A DNA stretch of 64,000 nucleotides. Origin: an uncultured bacterium (GTDB taxonomy: Bacteria > Actinomycetota > Acidimicrobiia > Spongiisociales > ZC4RG35). Shown in pieces: positions 54,510 through 64,000 of this stretch. The notes under the pieces are model-generated. The model saw only the letters and a program-made list of their open reading frames with translations, had not been told where the DNA came from and did no database searches. Where the stretch lies: assembly GCA_963785075.1 (NCBI GenBank), contig CAWATW010000004.1, positions 571,001 to 635,000 on the forward strand. Reading direction: 5' to 3'. Every line of letters starts with the position of its first letter. The stretch's first letter is position 1. The position numbers and the translations under genes are program-made.

Positions 54510-54626
54510 TCACCCGCCGGCGATGGTGGGGTCGTCACCCGCACCGAAGACGACGTAGAGCACCGCGGTCACGATGATGGCCAGCAGGAGCCCGATCAGC
54601 CAGTCGGGGATGCGGGGGAACTTCAC
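54510..54626 (-). CDS. Putative 38-aa single-TM small protein
   Basis: GTG start, [37 protein letters not shown]; GC3-rich codons. Confidence 0.5.
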   Translation of the reverse strand: MKFPRIPDWLIGLLLAIIVTAVLYVVFGAGDDPTIAGG

Positions 54627-54743
54627 GTGCCGCACTCTAGAAGGCCAGGTCATCGGGCGTGTCCGACCAGCGTGCGGGCCCGGCCGGGGCGAGCCCACGA
54701 CTAAACGCTTCTGCCGTGGCCTCGGCGTGCCGATCATGCGTCG

Positions 54744-56375
54744 GTGGCATTGACCAGACGCGCCTTCTTGCGCTCGGCTGGGGCGCTCGGGTTGCTCCTG
54801 GCCGGGGGATGCAGAATCGGGATCAGCAGTCCTGAAACGACCTCGCCTGCCCTCGTGGAGCCACCGAAGCTCGACCCCCCGGTCAGCACGGCTCCAACCG
54901 CCGTACCTGCGCCACCGTCGTCGTCGGCGCCTGCTCCCATCGCCCCGCCGATCCACGTCCGGGTGATGGCACCAAGTTCACCCATTCCCAACCTCGACCC
55001 CGTGAAGTGGGCAGAGCCGGACATCCAACGTCTCTACCGCCCGTGTGTCGAATCCTTGTACGGGTGGACTACGGAGGGTGAATTGGCTCCCGTGCTCGCC
55101 GCAGAGCCGTGGCAGGCCAGCCGGGACCAACTGGTCTACACCGTGCGGGTGAAGGACGGCGTCACGTTCCACGATGGTTCCCCGCTGACTGCGGAATCCG
55201 TGGTCACGTCGTACCGTTCCGCGCTCGATCCCGCCAACGCTTCTCAATGGTCGCCTCGCCTGGCGGCAGGCCTGGAGTCCGTTGAGCCTGCAGGATCGGA
55301 CACCGTGACGTTTCGACTTGCACGACCATTCTCGCCGTTCGAGACACTGCTGGCCCTCATCCCCATCGTGCCCTCGACGATCGTCTACCGACCCCAGGAG
55401 ACGTACGCTCGAGCCCTCGTCGGGACCGGCCCCTTCCGCCTCGACTCGTGGGGGGAGGACGGCGTCCTCAGATATCGATCCTTCGACGAATATCGAGGAC
55501 GGTCGGGCCACGTGCAGGAGCTCGAGGTGTGGTTCGGCGATGCGGAAGCCGCATCCGAAGAGCTCGCGACGGGCACGACGCAGCTCGCCGTGGCGATAGG
55601 GCCGGACTGGGACGGGCAAGCCGTGACTGTCGCCCCTCGCTCAATCGTGCGATACAGGGCGCTGGCCAATCTCGACCCGACGCGTCCAACATCCTCCCTG
55701 GCCTTTCGGCGAACACTGTCGGCAACGATCGACCGCGCCGCTGTCGTCTCCGAAGCGTTGGGGGACAAAGGGCTGCCGATGTACTCGTTGCTCTCACCCA
55801 CCACTTCTCACGCACTCGACGAGGGCGCCCTCCTGGCCGCCACCGGCGAGACCGTGCCCGACACCGCCGTCGCTCCACCGGTGGACAGGCCTCTGATAAT
55901 CGTCTCGGTGGACGACCCGACGGTGCGATCGGTGGCGGCGGGCGTACAGGACGCACTCGACGAGATGGGCATCGACTCTCAGCTGTCGGTGGTGAGCGGC
56001 GGTGCGATCGCCGACACCCTCCGGCTGGGTGAACCCGACAGATTCGGGGACTTCGACCTTCTCGTGGCGGGGTCCTTCGCACAGCCGCTGACCGGGTTCG
56101 CACCCGACTACGCCTACTTCGAACGCCACAGTGGGATGGTCACGAACGTCACCAAGGTGGTCGACGCCGAATTCGACCGACTGCTGGATGAGGCGGTGGC
56201 GGCGCCCCCGGATGAGCGGGCGTTTCGCTGGGGCGCCGTCCAGCGCTACGACGTCACGTCTTCGCTGGTCGAGATACCCATCGTCGAGGGGCGATATGGG
56301 GAAGTGATCGGTGAAGACCTCGGCGACTACGAACCCTCACCGATGGGAACGCTCGACGGGCTTGCCGAGATCTGA
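54744..56375 (+). CDS. ABC transporter substrate-binding lipoprotein, family 5 (peptide/nickel), Tat-exported
   Basis: TRRAFL twin-arginine, LAGGC lipobox, GVTFHDGSPLTAESV, VGTGPF. Confidence 0.88.
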   Translation: MALTRRAFLRSAGALGLLLAGGCRIGISSPETTSPALVEPPKLDPPVSTAPTAVPAPPSSSAPAPIAPPIHVRVMAPSSPIPNLDPVKWAEPDIQRLYRPCVESLYGWTTEGELAPVLAAEPWQASRDQLVYTVRVKDGVTFHDGSPLTAESVVTSYRSALDPANASQWSPRLAAGLESVEPAGSDTVTFRLARPFSPFETLLALIPIVPSTIVYRPQETYARALVGTGPFRLDSWGEDGVLRYRSFDEYRGRSGHVQELEVWFGDAEAASEELATGTTQLAVAIGPDWDGQAVTVAPRSIVRYRALANLDPTRPTSSLAFRRTLSATIDRAAVVSEALGDKGLPMYSLLSPTTSHALDEGALLAATGETVPDTAVAPPVDRPLIIVSVDDPTVRSVAAGVQDALDEMGIDSQLSVVSGGAIADTLRLGEPDRFGDFDLLVAGSFAQPLTGFAPDYAYFERHSGMVTNVTKVVDAEFDRLLDEAVAAPPDERAFRWGAVQRYDVTSSLVEIPIVEGRYGEVIGEDLGDYEPSPMGTLDGLAEI

Positions 56376-56422
56376 GGGGGGCGCACTCCGAAGTGGCACC
56401 GGTTCACTCCTAGGCTGCGCCC

Positions 56423-58453
56423 ATGCACGTACCCCAGGCCAAGAAGATACCAGTGGTTCGCGAAATCCACGGCGAGACATTCGTCGACGAGTACGCCTGG
56501 TTGCGCAACCGCGACGATCCCGACACGCTGGCGTACCTCGAAGCCGAAAACGAGCACACGGAAGCCAGCATGGCCCATCTCCGACCGCTCCAAGATCAGA
56601 TCTTCGACGAGATCAAGAGCCGCATCCAGGAGACCGACCTCTCGGCACCGGCGCGCCGCGGCGACTGGTGGTACGCCACCCGGACCGAGGAAGGACGTCA
56701 GTACCCGATCTTCGTTCGAACCCATGGCGGGCCGGAGGGTCTTGAGCAGCTGATCATCGACGTGAACGCCCTGGCCGAAGGCCATGAGTTCTGCCAGCTC
56801 GGCGCGCTCGCTGTCTCCCCCGATCAGCGGCTCGTGGCATATTCGGTGAACACAGACGGGTCCGAGGAGTTCGTGCTCCGGATCCGAGACATCGAGTCGG
56901 GCGTGGACCTTCCCGATGTGCTCGAGGCCACCTACTACTCACTGGCGTGGTCCTCGGATGCCCGTCACCTCTTCTACACGACCCTCGACCACGCACACCG
57001 ACCCGACAAGATCTGGCGGCACGAACTCGGCACCGCTCAGACCGCCGACGTGACGATGGTCCACGAGCCAGACGAGCGCCTGTTCCTGGGTGTCGGCACC
57101 ACACAAGACCGTCTCTTCGTTCTAGCCGTTGCAGAGAGCAAGACGACCAGCGAGGTGAAGTTCCTTCCGGCAGACGAGCCCGAAGGGTCGTTCTCCGTGG
57201 TGGTACCGCGTGTACACGGTGTCGAGTATTCGTTGGACCACAAGGATGGCCGGTGGCTCATCGTCACCAATGCCGACGCCGTGAATGGGAAGCTGCTCTC
57301 CATCTCAGTCGATGACCCGGACGATGTCATCGAGGTGATCTCCCACGACGACGGGCGCAAGGTGGCCGGCGTCCTCGCGCTGGCGGATCATGTCGTCGTC
57401 GGTGGGCGACGGGACGGCCTCACGTCGATCACGATCCTCCCGGGCGAGGGTGAGCACTTCCACCTCGAATTCGACGAACCCGTCTACACGGTCGGAATCG
57501 GGCAGAACCTCGAGTACGACACCTACACGCTGCGCATCGGCTACCAGTCCCTGGTCACGCCGGCCCGGGTGATCGACGTCGACCTCGTCACGGGTGACCA
57601 GCTCATCGTCAAGGAGACGCCAGTCCTCGGCGGATACGAGCCGACCGACTACGTGTCTCGTCGCCTGTGGGCCACTGCGGCCGATGGCCAACGTGTCCCG
57701 ATGTCGGTGGTGCATCGTGCCGACCTGGACCTGAGCGCCCCGGTACCGGTGCTCCTGTACGGCTACGGGTCGTACGAGATCACGATCGACCCGTGGTTTT
57801 CGGCCGCTCGACTCTCACTTCTCGATCGCGGGGCAGTGTTCGTGCTCGCCCACATCAGAGGTGGGGGTGAGATGGGTCGACGCTGGTACGAGGAGGGGAA
57901 GATGGCAGCCAAAGCCAACACGTTCACCGACTTCATAGCCTGCGCCCGACATATGATCGACGCGGGTTGGACCACGAGCGATAGGCTGATCATCAGAGGC
58001 GGCTCCGCCGGAGGGCTCCTGATGGGTGCCGTGACGACGATGCGGCCGGACCTCTTCAAGGCGGTGGTCGCCGAGGTGCCCTTCGTCGACGTCATCAACA
58101 CGATGCTCGACGAAACCATCCCCCTCACGGTGATCGAATGGGAAGAGTGGGGCAACCCCAAACAGGCCGACGACTACGGCTGGATGCGCGCATATTCACC
58201 GTACGACAACACAACCGACGCCGAGTATCCGGCGATGCTCGTGACTGCCGGCCTCAACGACCCGCGCGTCGCCTACTGGGAGCCGGCGAAATGGGTGGCA
58301 CGTATGCGTGCGATCGCCCGTCATCGTGGGCCGCTCCTGCTCAAAACCGAGCTCGGGGCAGGACACTCTGGTCCTTCCGGCAGGTACGACGCCTGGAAAG
58401 ACGAGGCTTTCGTTCTCTCATTCGTCCTGGACCAAATGGGTCTCGCGGCGTGA
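56423..58453 (+). CDS. ptrB: Oligopeptidase B (S9A)
   Basis: GGSAGG, VPFVDV, EWEEWGNP, DPRVAYWEPAKW, AGH. Confidence 0.93.
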   Translation: MHVPQAKKIPVVREIHGETFVDEYAWLRNRDDPDTLAYLEAENEHTEASMAHLRPLQDQIFDEIKSRIQETDLSAPARRGDWWYATRTEEGRQYPIFVRTHGGPEGLEQLIIDVNALAEGHEFCQLGALAVSPDQRLVAYSVNTDGSEEFVLRIRDIESGVDLPDVLEATYYSLAWSSDARHLFYTTLDHAHRPDKIWRHELGTAQTADVTMVHEPDERLFLGVGTTQDRLFVLAVAESKTTSEVKFLPADEPEGSFSVVVPRVHGVEYSLDHKDGRWLIVTNADAVNGKLLSISVDDPDDVIEVISHDDGRKVAGVLALADHVVVGGRRDGLTSITILPGEGEHFHLEFDEPVYTVGIGQNLEYDTYTLRIGYQSLVTPARVIDVDLVTGDQLIVKETPVLGGYEPTDYVSRRLWATAADGQRVPMSVVHRADLDLSAPVPVLLYGYGSYEITIDPWFSAARLSLLDRGAVFVLAHIRGGGEMGRRWYEEGKMAAKANTFTDFIACARHMIDAGWTTSDRLIIRGGSAGGLLMGAVTTMRPDLFKAVVAEVPFVDVINTMLDETIPLTVIEWEEWGNPKQADDYGWMRAYSPYDNTTDAEYPAMLVTAGLNDPRVAYWEPAKWVARMRAIARHRGPLLLKTELGAGHSGPSGRYDAWKDEAFVLSFVLDQMGLAA

Positions 58454-58980
58454 CGGCGACCGTCCAGAACAGGGAGGTGGTCATTCGTCCCTTGACCCCC
58501 AGTGACGAACTCGAAACGTTCGGCCGCATCCTGTTGACCTCGTACCGCGCCCTGTCGGGCCATGTACCGGAGCCCGACTACGAAGCCGAGCTCGTGGACA
58601 TCCGTACGCGCGTCGCCACCAACACCGTCTTCGGGGCAATCGCCAACACCCGGCCTCTCGGCTGTGTGACGTTCGTACCGGATGCCTCCGATCCCCACGC
58701 CGAGCGTCTCGAGGCGGACGAGGCGAGCTTTCGGATGCTCGGCGTGGCCCCCGAGGCGCAGGGATCCGGCATTGGTGAGCAATTGGTTCACCGATGCATT
58801 CGCGAGGCGACGGACACGGGCAAGGCTGCCGTGTTCATCTACTCCGGTCATTGGATGACAGGTGCCCACCGCCTGTACGCCCGGCTCGGGTTCATCCGAA
58901 TGGCCGACCGCGACTGGCCGCTCGTCGATCCACCCGTGACACTCTTGGGATTCCGGTACGACCTGAGAGGTCTCCGATGA
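58450..58980 (+). CDS. GNAT N-acetyltransferase
   Basis: RMLGVAPEAQGSGIGEQL, AHRLYARLGF; GTGA overlap with ptrB. Confidence 0.85.
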   Translation: MTATVQNREVVIRPLTPSDELETFGRILLTSYRALSGHVPEPDYEAELVDIRTRVATNTVFGAIANTRPLGCVTFVPDASDPHAERLEADEASFRMLGVAPEAQGSGIGEQLVHRCIREATDTGKAAVFIYSGHWMTGAHRLYARLGFIRMADRDWPLVDPPVTLLGFRYDLRGLR

Positions 58981-59252
58981 CAGATGTCGAGCGACCACCA
59001 CATCGCTGGGTGGGCATGGTGTCCCTGGCGTTGTATGTCGTCACAGGAGTCTTCCCGTACCTCGTCTCTGGCCTGGTGGTGCCGGTCTGGGCGTTGGTCG
59101 TTCTGATGCTGTGTTGGGGGGTCGGGCTCGTGGTCACCGCTCAGCTGGCTCTCCGCCGACCGGTCTTCAGCCTGTTGGCCCTGCCCGGCGCGTTGCTGTT
59201 CTGGTGGGTGTACGTCTCGGGAGGGGCGGCCCTGTTCGGATGGACTGCCTGA
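58977..59252 (+). CDS. Small three-TM hypothetical membrane protein
   Basis: ATGA overlap with the GNAT gene; hydrophobic throughout. Confidence 0.65.
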   Translation: MTDVERPPHRWVGMVSLALYVVTGVFPYLVSGLVVPVWALVVLMLCWGVGLVVTAQLALRRPVFSLLALPGALLFWWVYVSGGAALFGWTA

Positions 59253-59265
59253 CCGGTGAACGAGT

Positions 59266-59320
59266 CGGGTTTTCGCGCACAGAAGGTGCGCTATTCACGC
59301 ACTTTGTGCGCGAAAACCCG
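59266..59320. terminator. Long palindrome between convergent genes
   Basis: CGGGTTTTCGCGCACA..GTGCG-N7-CGCAC..TGTGCGCGAAAACCCG. Confidence 0.7.
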
Positions 59321-59323
59321 GTC

Positions 59324-60931
59324 TCAGTCCATCAGCAGTTCGGCGTACTGGTCGCGCACGACCTTCTTGTCGAATTTGCCGGTACCGGTCTTGGGTATGG
59401 CATCGATGAAGACCACCGCGTCGGGCAGCCACCAGTGCGCCACCCGAGGTTCGAGCCAGGCGAGCAGCTCCTCTTCGGAGAGCTCGGAACCTGGGCGCCG
59501 GACGACGAAGGCGGCCGGCCGCTCCTGCCACTTCGGGTGTTTCAACCCGACCACCGTCGCCTCCGCCACCTCGGAATGAGCCATCAGCTCGTTCTCGAGG
59601 TCCAGCGACGAGATCCACTCGCCTCCGGATTTGATGACGTCCTTCGCGCGGTCGGTGATCCGGATGTACCCCTCGGGCGTGACCTTGCACACGTCGCCGG
59701 TGCGCATCCATCCGTCGACGAATGACTGGGGGCTCCGGCTGTCCTTGTAATACTCGGCGGCGATCCACGGCCCCCGGATGAGGAGCTCCCCGAACGCCTC
59801 TCCGTCGTGGGGCAGGGCCTCGCCCAGCTCGTCGACGATCTTGTACTGGAGGCCCGGCACGATTCGACCCGCCGACTCCAGGATGTCGAGTTGCCGTTCG
59901 AAGGGGTCGTCTTCCATCCACGGTGCGAGCTGGGCGACCGACGCGACCGGGTTGGTCTCGGTCATTCCCCAGCCCTGGACGACTCTGATCTGTCGTTCGT
60001 TCCAGAACCACTCGATCAACGCCCGCGGCACCGCCGAGCCACCGCACAGGAAGGCCCGAAGGCTCGAGGTGTCGATCTCGGGATGGTCCATCAGGCGATG
60101 CTGGACGCCGAGCCACACGGTGGGGACACCGGCCGAGAACGTGATCCGCTCTCGTTCGATCAGGCCGAGGATGCCCTCCGGGCTCAGGTCTGGTCCGGGA
60201 TATGTGAGCTTGGCGCCCATCGGGACTGCCTGGAAGGGATACCCCCACGCCGCGGCGTGGAACATAGGCACCACCGGGAGCAGGCTGTCCGAGGCCGAGA
60301 TCGGGAAGTTGGCGAGATTGGACACGGTGTGGAGGTATGTGGAGCGCTGTGTGTAGGCGACTCCCTTGGGATTGCCGGTGGTCCCCGACGTGTAGCAGAA
60401 CATCATCGGAGACCGCTCTTCGAGGAGCGGCCAGGCGCCATGCGGTTCCACGCCGTCGATGAGATCCTCGTAGGCGATGGCGCCGGGCAGACCGGAGGCG
60501 TCTTCACCCATGACCACCAGATGCTCGACCGTCTCGAACCGGTCGACGATGGGGCCGATGAGCGGCACGAGGTCGGGATCGACGAAGATCGCCTTGTCCG
60601 CGCCGTGATTGACGATGTAGACGAGTTGGTCGGGGAACAGCCGGATGTTGAGCGTGTGGCAGATCCGCCCGGTGTTGGCGGTCGCCCAATACAACTCGTG
60701 ATGACGGAGGTTGTTCCAGGCAAACGTGCCGATCGGATCTCCCTGCCGGATGCCCAATCTGCTGCCCATGGCGGTGGCCAGGCGGCGAACCCGACCATCG
60801 GTCTCGCCGTAGGTGGTGCGCAAGACGCTCTTGTCGTGCTCGACCGAGACGATCTCGCGATTCGGATAGTGCCGTACACCGTGGTCGTACAGCGTCGACA
60901 TCAACAGCGGGAAGTCGTCCTGCATGTGCAT
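59324..60931 (-). CDS. Long/medium-chain fatty-acid--CoA ligase
   Basis: [38 protein letters not shown]; start uncertain. Confidence 0.92.
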   Translation of the reverse strand: MHMQDDFPLLMSTLYDHGVRHYPNREIVSVEHDKSVLRTTYGETDGRVRRLATAMGSRLGIRQGDPIGTFAWNNLRHHELYWATANTGRICHTLNIRLFPDQLVYIVNHGADKAIFVDPDLVPLIGPIVDRFETVEHLVVMGEDASGLPGAIAYEDLIDGVEPHGAWPLLEERSPMMFCYTSGTTGNPKGVAYTQRSTYLHTVSNLANFPISASDSLLPVVPMFHAAAWGYPFQAVPMGAKLTYPGPDLSPEGILGLIERERITFSAGVPTVWLGVQHRLMDHPEIDTSSLRAFLCGGSAVPRALIEWFWNERQIRVVQGWGMTETNPVASVAQLAPWMEDDPFERQLDILESAGRIVPGLQYKIVDELGEALPHDGEAFGELLIRGPWIAAEYYKDSRSPQSFVDGWMRTGDVCKVTPEGYIRITDRAKDVIKSGGEWISSLDLENELMAHSEVAEATVVGLKHPKWQERPAAFVVRRPGSELSEEELLAWLEPRVAHWWLPDAVVFIDAIPKTGTGKFDKKVVRDQYAELLMD

Positions 60932-61115
60932 GATGCCCCGAGGGTAAGACGTCGCCTCGAGCTGCGGCGGCGGGAACCGGGGAAATCGAGCCATGGCCGG
61001 CCCCGACACGATGGGCTTCGCCCGGCGACCGGGTAGCCTGAGGGTTCCACGCCGACCTTTCGACGCCGCCAGCGAGGCGGCGTCGCTCGCGACACAGCAT
61101 CTCCTACTGGACCAC

Positions 61116-62696
61116 ATGACGACCTCTTCAGATCCGATCTCCCAAGCACGGCGCCGGCGTACCTTTGCGATCATTTCGCACCCGGACGCCGGCAAGACGA
61201 CCGTCACCGAGAAGCTCCTCCTGTACTCGGGCGCCATCGAGCAGGCAGGCGCTGTCAAAGCTCGCGCCGGCCGACAGAAGGACGTGACGTCCGACTGGAT
61301 GGAGCTCGAACGCGAGCGCGGGATCTCGATCACATCCACCGCCCTGCAGTTCAACCACACCGACCTCGTATTCAATCTTCTCGACACGCCCGGCCATCGC
61401 GACTTCTCGGAGGACACCTACCGGGTGTTGTCGGCGGTCGATTCGGCCATCATCGTGCTCGACGCGGCTCGTGGCATCCAGGAACAGACGCTCAAGCTGT
61501 TCCACGTCGCCCAGGCTCGAGGCATCCCGCTCATCACCTTCATCAACAAATGCGACCGACCGGGGCTCGCCCCCCTCGAGCTCATCGACGACATCGAGTC
61601 CAAACTCGGCATCGTCGCCACACCCGTGACCTGGCCCGTCGGGGGCGGCGTGGACTTCGAAGGCGTGATCGATCGCCGCAACCGCCAACTGTGGGAGTTC
61701 GATCGGACTCCTCACGGCGGGACGCGGGGGGCCGAACGTGTGCGGTCGATCGAACCGCGCACCGATGACGACGAAGTTCGCACCCACGCCTGGCACGACG
61801 TCGAGCTTCTCGACGAGATCGGCGCACGCCACGACCAGGAGAGCTTCGAAGCCGGAGCCTCCACTCCGGTCTTCTTCGGATCGGCGCTGTGGAACTTCGG
61901 GATCCGGCTACTTCTCGACGCCATCGCAGAGATGGCACCGCCGCCGGCGCCACAGGCCGATGCCGCGGGCCGAGAGCGTGCGCTCGATGGGCCGGTGTCG
62001 GGAACGGTCTTCAAGGTGCAGGCAAATCTCGACCCCCGGCACCGCGACAGGATCGCCTACGTGCGGATCTGCTCCGGACGCTTCGAGCGCGGCATGTCGC
62101 TGATCAACCATCGAACGGGCAAGAGTCTCACGACCAAGCACGCTCACAGCGTGTTCGGCCGGGAACGGGACACCGTCGAGGAGGCATTCCCGGGCGACAT
62201 CGTGGGGCTCATCAATGCCACCGATGTGACCGTGGGCGACAGCCTCAGCTTCGACGGCGACGTCGAGTTTCCGCCGATGCCGGTGTTCGCCCCTGAACTC
62301 TTCCGGACCGCGCGCAGCCTCGACACCTCGAAGGCGAAGCGCTTCCGGACCGGGATCGACCACCTGGACCAAGAGGGAGTGATCCAGGTGCTGCGAACGA
62401 ACACCGGCGGGGATCGTGAGCCGATTCTCGGTGCGGTCGGCCAGATGCAATTCGATGTGGCGCTCCATCGACTCGAGAGCGAGTTCGGCGCCAAAGTGAT
62501 CTTCGAGGCGACGCCATACACCGTCGCCCGGCGCACCACGGCGGGGGACGTGGATCTGCTCGGCCGCCTCCGTGATGTTGCCGTGGCACGCCGATCCAAC
62601 GGTGAGATACTCGCGCTCTTCACGTCGCGGCACCGCGTCGAATCGACCCTTCGAACACATCCGGACCTCACCCTCGAGCCGATCCTCGGGCCGTGA
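61116..62696 (+). CDS. prfC: Peptide chain release factor 3
   Basis: RRTFAIISHPDAGKTT, SDWMELERERGISI, DTPGHRDFSEDTYR, HRDRIA. Confidence 0.95.
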   Translation: MTTSSDPISQARRRRTFAIISHPDAGKTTVTEKLLLYSGAIEQAGAVKARAGRQKDVTSDWMELERERGISITSTALQFNHTDLVFNLLDTPGHRDFSEDTYRVLSAVDSAIIVLDAARGIQEQTLKLFHVAQARGIPLITFINKCDRPGLAPLELIDDIESKLGIVATPVTWPVGGGVDFEGVIDRRNRQLWEFDRTPHGGTRGAERVRSIEPRTDDDEVRTHAWHDVELLDEIGARHDQESFEAGASTPVFFGSALWNFGIRLLLDAIAEMAPPPAPQADAAGRERALDGPVSGTVFKVQANLDPRHRDRIAYVRICSGRFERGMSLINHRTGKSLTTKHAHSVFGRERDTVEEAFPGDIVGLINATDVTVGDSLSFDGDVEFPPMPVFAPELFRTARSLDTSKAKRFRTGIDHLDQEGVIQVLRTNTGGDREPILGAVGQMQFDVALHRLESEFGAKVIFEATPYTVARRTTAGDVDLLGRLRDVAVARRSNGEILALFTSRHRVESTLRTHPDLTLEPILGP

Positions 62697-62829
62697 CCCA
62701 CGGATACGAAGCGGGACCGGTCCCGACGTCGGGACCACGCGACAGAGACCTAGCCTGAGGTTCCGGGAGGACCGAAGGGGCGGCACCTCTTCTGAGGTCA
62801 CCGACGACGAGCACATACCAGGAGGAGCG

Positions 62830-63813
62830 ATGAGGGCACAGGTGGTTCATGATCTCGGCGGCATCGAGGCCCTCCGTTTCGAAGACGTCCCCGATCCCTC
62901 GACACCACCGGGCCACGTGAAGATCGGGGTGAAAGCGGCTGCTCTGAACTTCCCCGACCTGCTCATCATCCAGGGGATGTATCAGATCCGCCCCGAGCTG
63001 CCGTTCTCCCCGGGCGCCGAGGCGGCCGGGATCGTCCTCGAAGCGGCAGACGATGTGGCCGGGTTCGCAACCGGCGACCGTGTCATCGGATTCGCCGCCC
63101 ACGGAGCGATGGCCGAGCAGTTCGTGGTGCCTGAATCGAACGTGATGCACTTCCCCGACGGGCTCTCATACGAAAAGGCCGCCGGCATCGCGATGATCTA
63201 CGGCACCTCGTATCACGCCCTCTTCGACCGGGCGAAACTCCAGTCGGGTCAGACGTTGCTGGTCACCGGAGCCACCGGAGGCGTCGGATCGGCCGCCGTT
63301 CAACTCGGGAAGGCTGCCGGCGCCCAGGTGATAGCGGCGGTCGGCTCCCGGGCGAAGATCGACGCCGCCCGCAACTTCGGCGCCGACGAGGTGATCGTGT
63401 ACGGCGAGGAGTCCTTGAGAGATCGGATCAAGCAGCTGACCGGAGGCACAGGCGTCGATGTGGTCTACGACCCGGTGGGCGGCGACATCTTCCTGGAGAC
63501 GCTGCGGTGCGTCGGGTGGGGAGGAAGGGTTCTCGTCGTGGGTTTCGCATCGGGATCCATTCCCCAGGCTCCGATGAACCTGCCACTCCTGAAGGGCAGC
63601 TCGATCGTGGGTGTGTTCTGGGGTGACTTCGCACGACGGGACCCCGCAGCCAACCGGGCGAACTTCGATCACATCTTCCGGTTGATGGAGGAGGGCTCGA
63701 TCGATCCCCCGGTGTCCGCATCGTTCCCGCTGGCGGACGCTGCGGACGCGCTTGCCACCCTCGCCGACCGCACCGCCATCGGGAAGGTCATCCTCCGCGT
63801 CGGCGCCGGATGA
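62830..63813 (+). CDS. NADPH:quinone oxidoreductase (MDR, zeta-crystallin-like)
   Basis: LNFPDLL..G.YQ, PFSPGAEAAG, GATGGVG, VVGFASG; GGAGG RBS. Confidence 0.92.
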   Translation: MRAQVVHDLGGIEALRFEDVPDPSTPPGHVKIGVKAAALNFPDLLIIQGMYQIRPELPFSPGAEAAGIVLEAADDVAGFATGDRVIGFAAHGAMAEQFVVPESNVMHFPDGLSYEKAAGIAMIYGTSYHALFDRAKLQSGQTLLVTGATGGVGSAAVQLGKAAGAQVIAAVGSRAKIDAARNFGADEVIVYGEESLRDRIKQLTGGTGVDVVYDPVGGDIFLETLRCVGWGGRVLVVGFASGSIPQAPMNLPLLKGSSIVGVFWGDFARRDPAANRANFDHIFRLMEEGSIDPPVSASFPLADAADALATLADRTAIGKVILRVGAG

Positions 63814-64000
63814 TGCTCCGCCGGCAGGCGAGCTTCGGGGACTAGTCATGTCACGCGGATAAAGGTTGCTTCTTGGAGTACGGGGGTCCCGTGCCGATAT
63901 TCGAGATGTGCGTCTCGGAATCGCCTCTGCAGGTCATCGTCGGTCGGACTGGTCTGATCTCGATCAGGCCGTCGACTGGATGAAATCGCACGAGGCATCG

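Noticed and set aside
1-64000. tRNA or rRNA genes
   Set aside because: No cloverleaf/T-loop or rRNA signature recognised by eye; not computationally excluded.
63814-64000. Feature at the window end
   Set aside because: Too little sequence to support a call.

Overview
High-GC actinobacterial chromosome segment; protein style suggests class Acidimicrobiia, which is an inference. Positions 1-41.4 kb are core genes, mostly on the minus strand. In transcription order they are rpoB-rpoC, a GNAT gene, the str/S10/spc/alpha ribosomal superoperon (infA is missing from its usual place), coaA, NUDIX, truA, uppP, HAD, LCP, rplM-rpsI-glmM, a glmS ribozyme with glmS, then acpS and nnr. Positions 41.6-52.7 kb are an array of ~115-bp REP/MITE-like repeats interrupted by a ~10.4-kb decayed mobile island. 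The island holds IS3, IS256, two IS110 copies and remnants of RAMA-domain, HEPN-like, M48 and ThrE genes. Positions 52.7-64 kb are metabolic and housekeeping genes (TadE-like, thiolase, peptide-binding lipoprotein, ptrB, GNAT, acyl-CoA ligase, prfC, quinone oxidoreductase). Strongest signals: (1) an IS110 element whose bridge RNA can be read from the sequence, with four 7-nt guides matching its own junctions and a target that is the terminal repeat of an IS256; (2) a dispersed set of 7-mer tandem arrays at about ten gene junctions, mostly paired as inverted arms with periodic mismatches and often covering the downstream ribosome-binding site; (3) a glmS ribozyme in an actinobacterium; (4) anomalous G/T-ending codon usage in tuf. 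All calls come from motif recognition by eye; no searches or folding programs were run.
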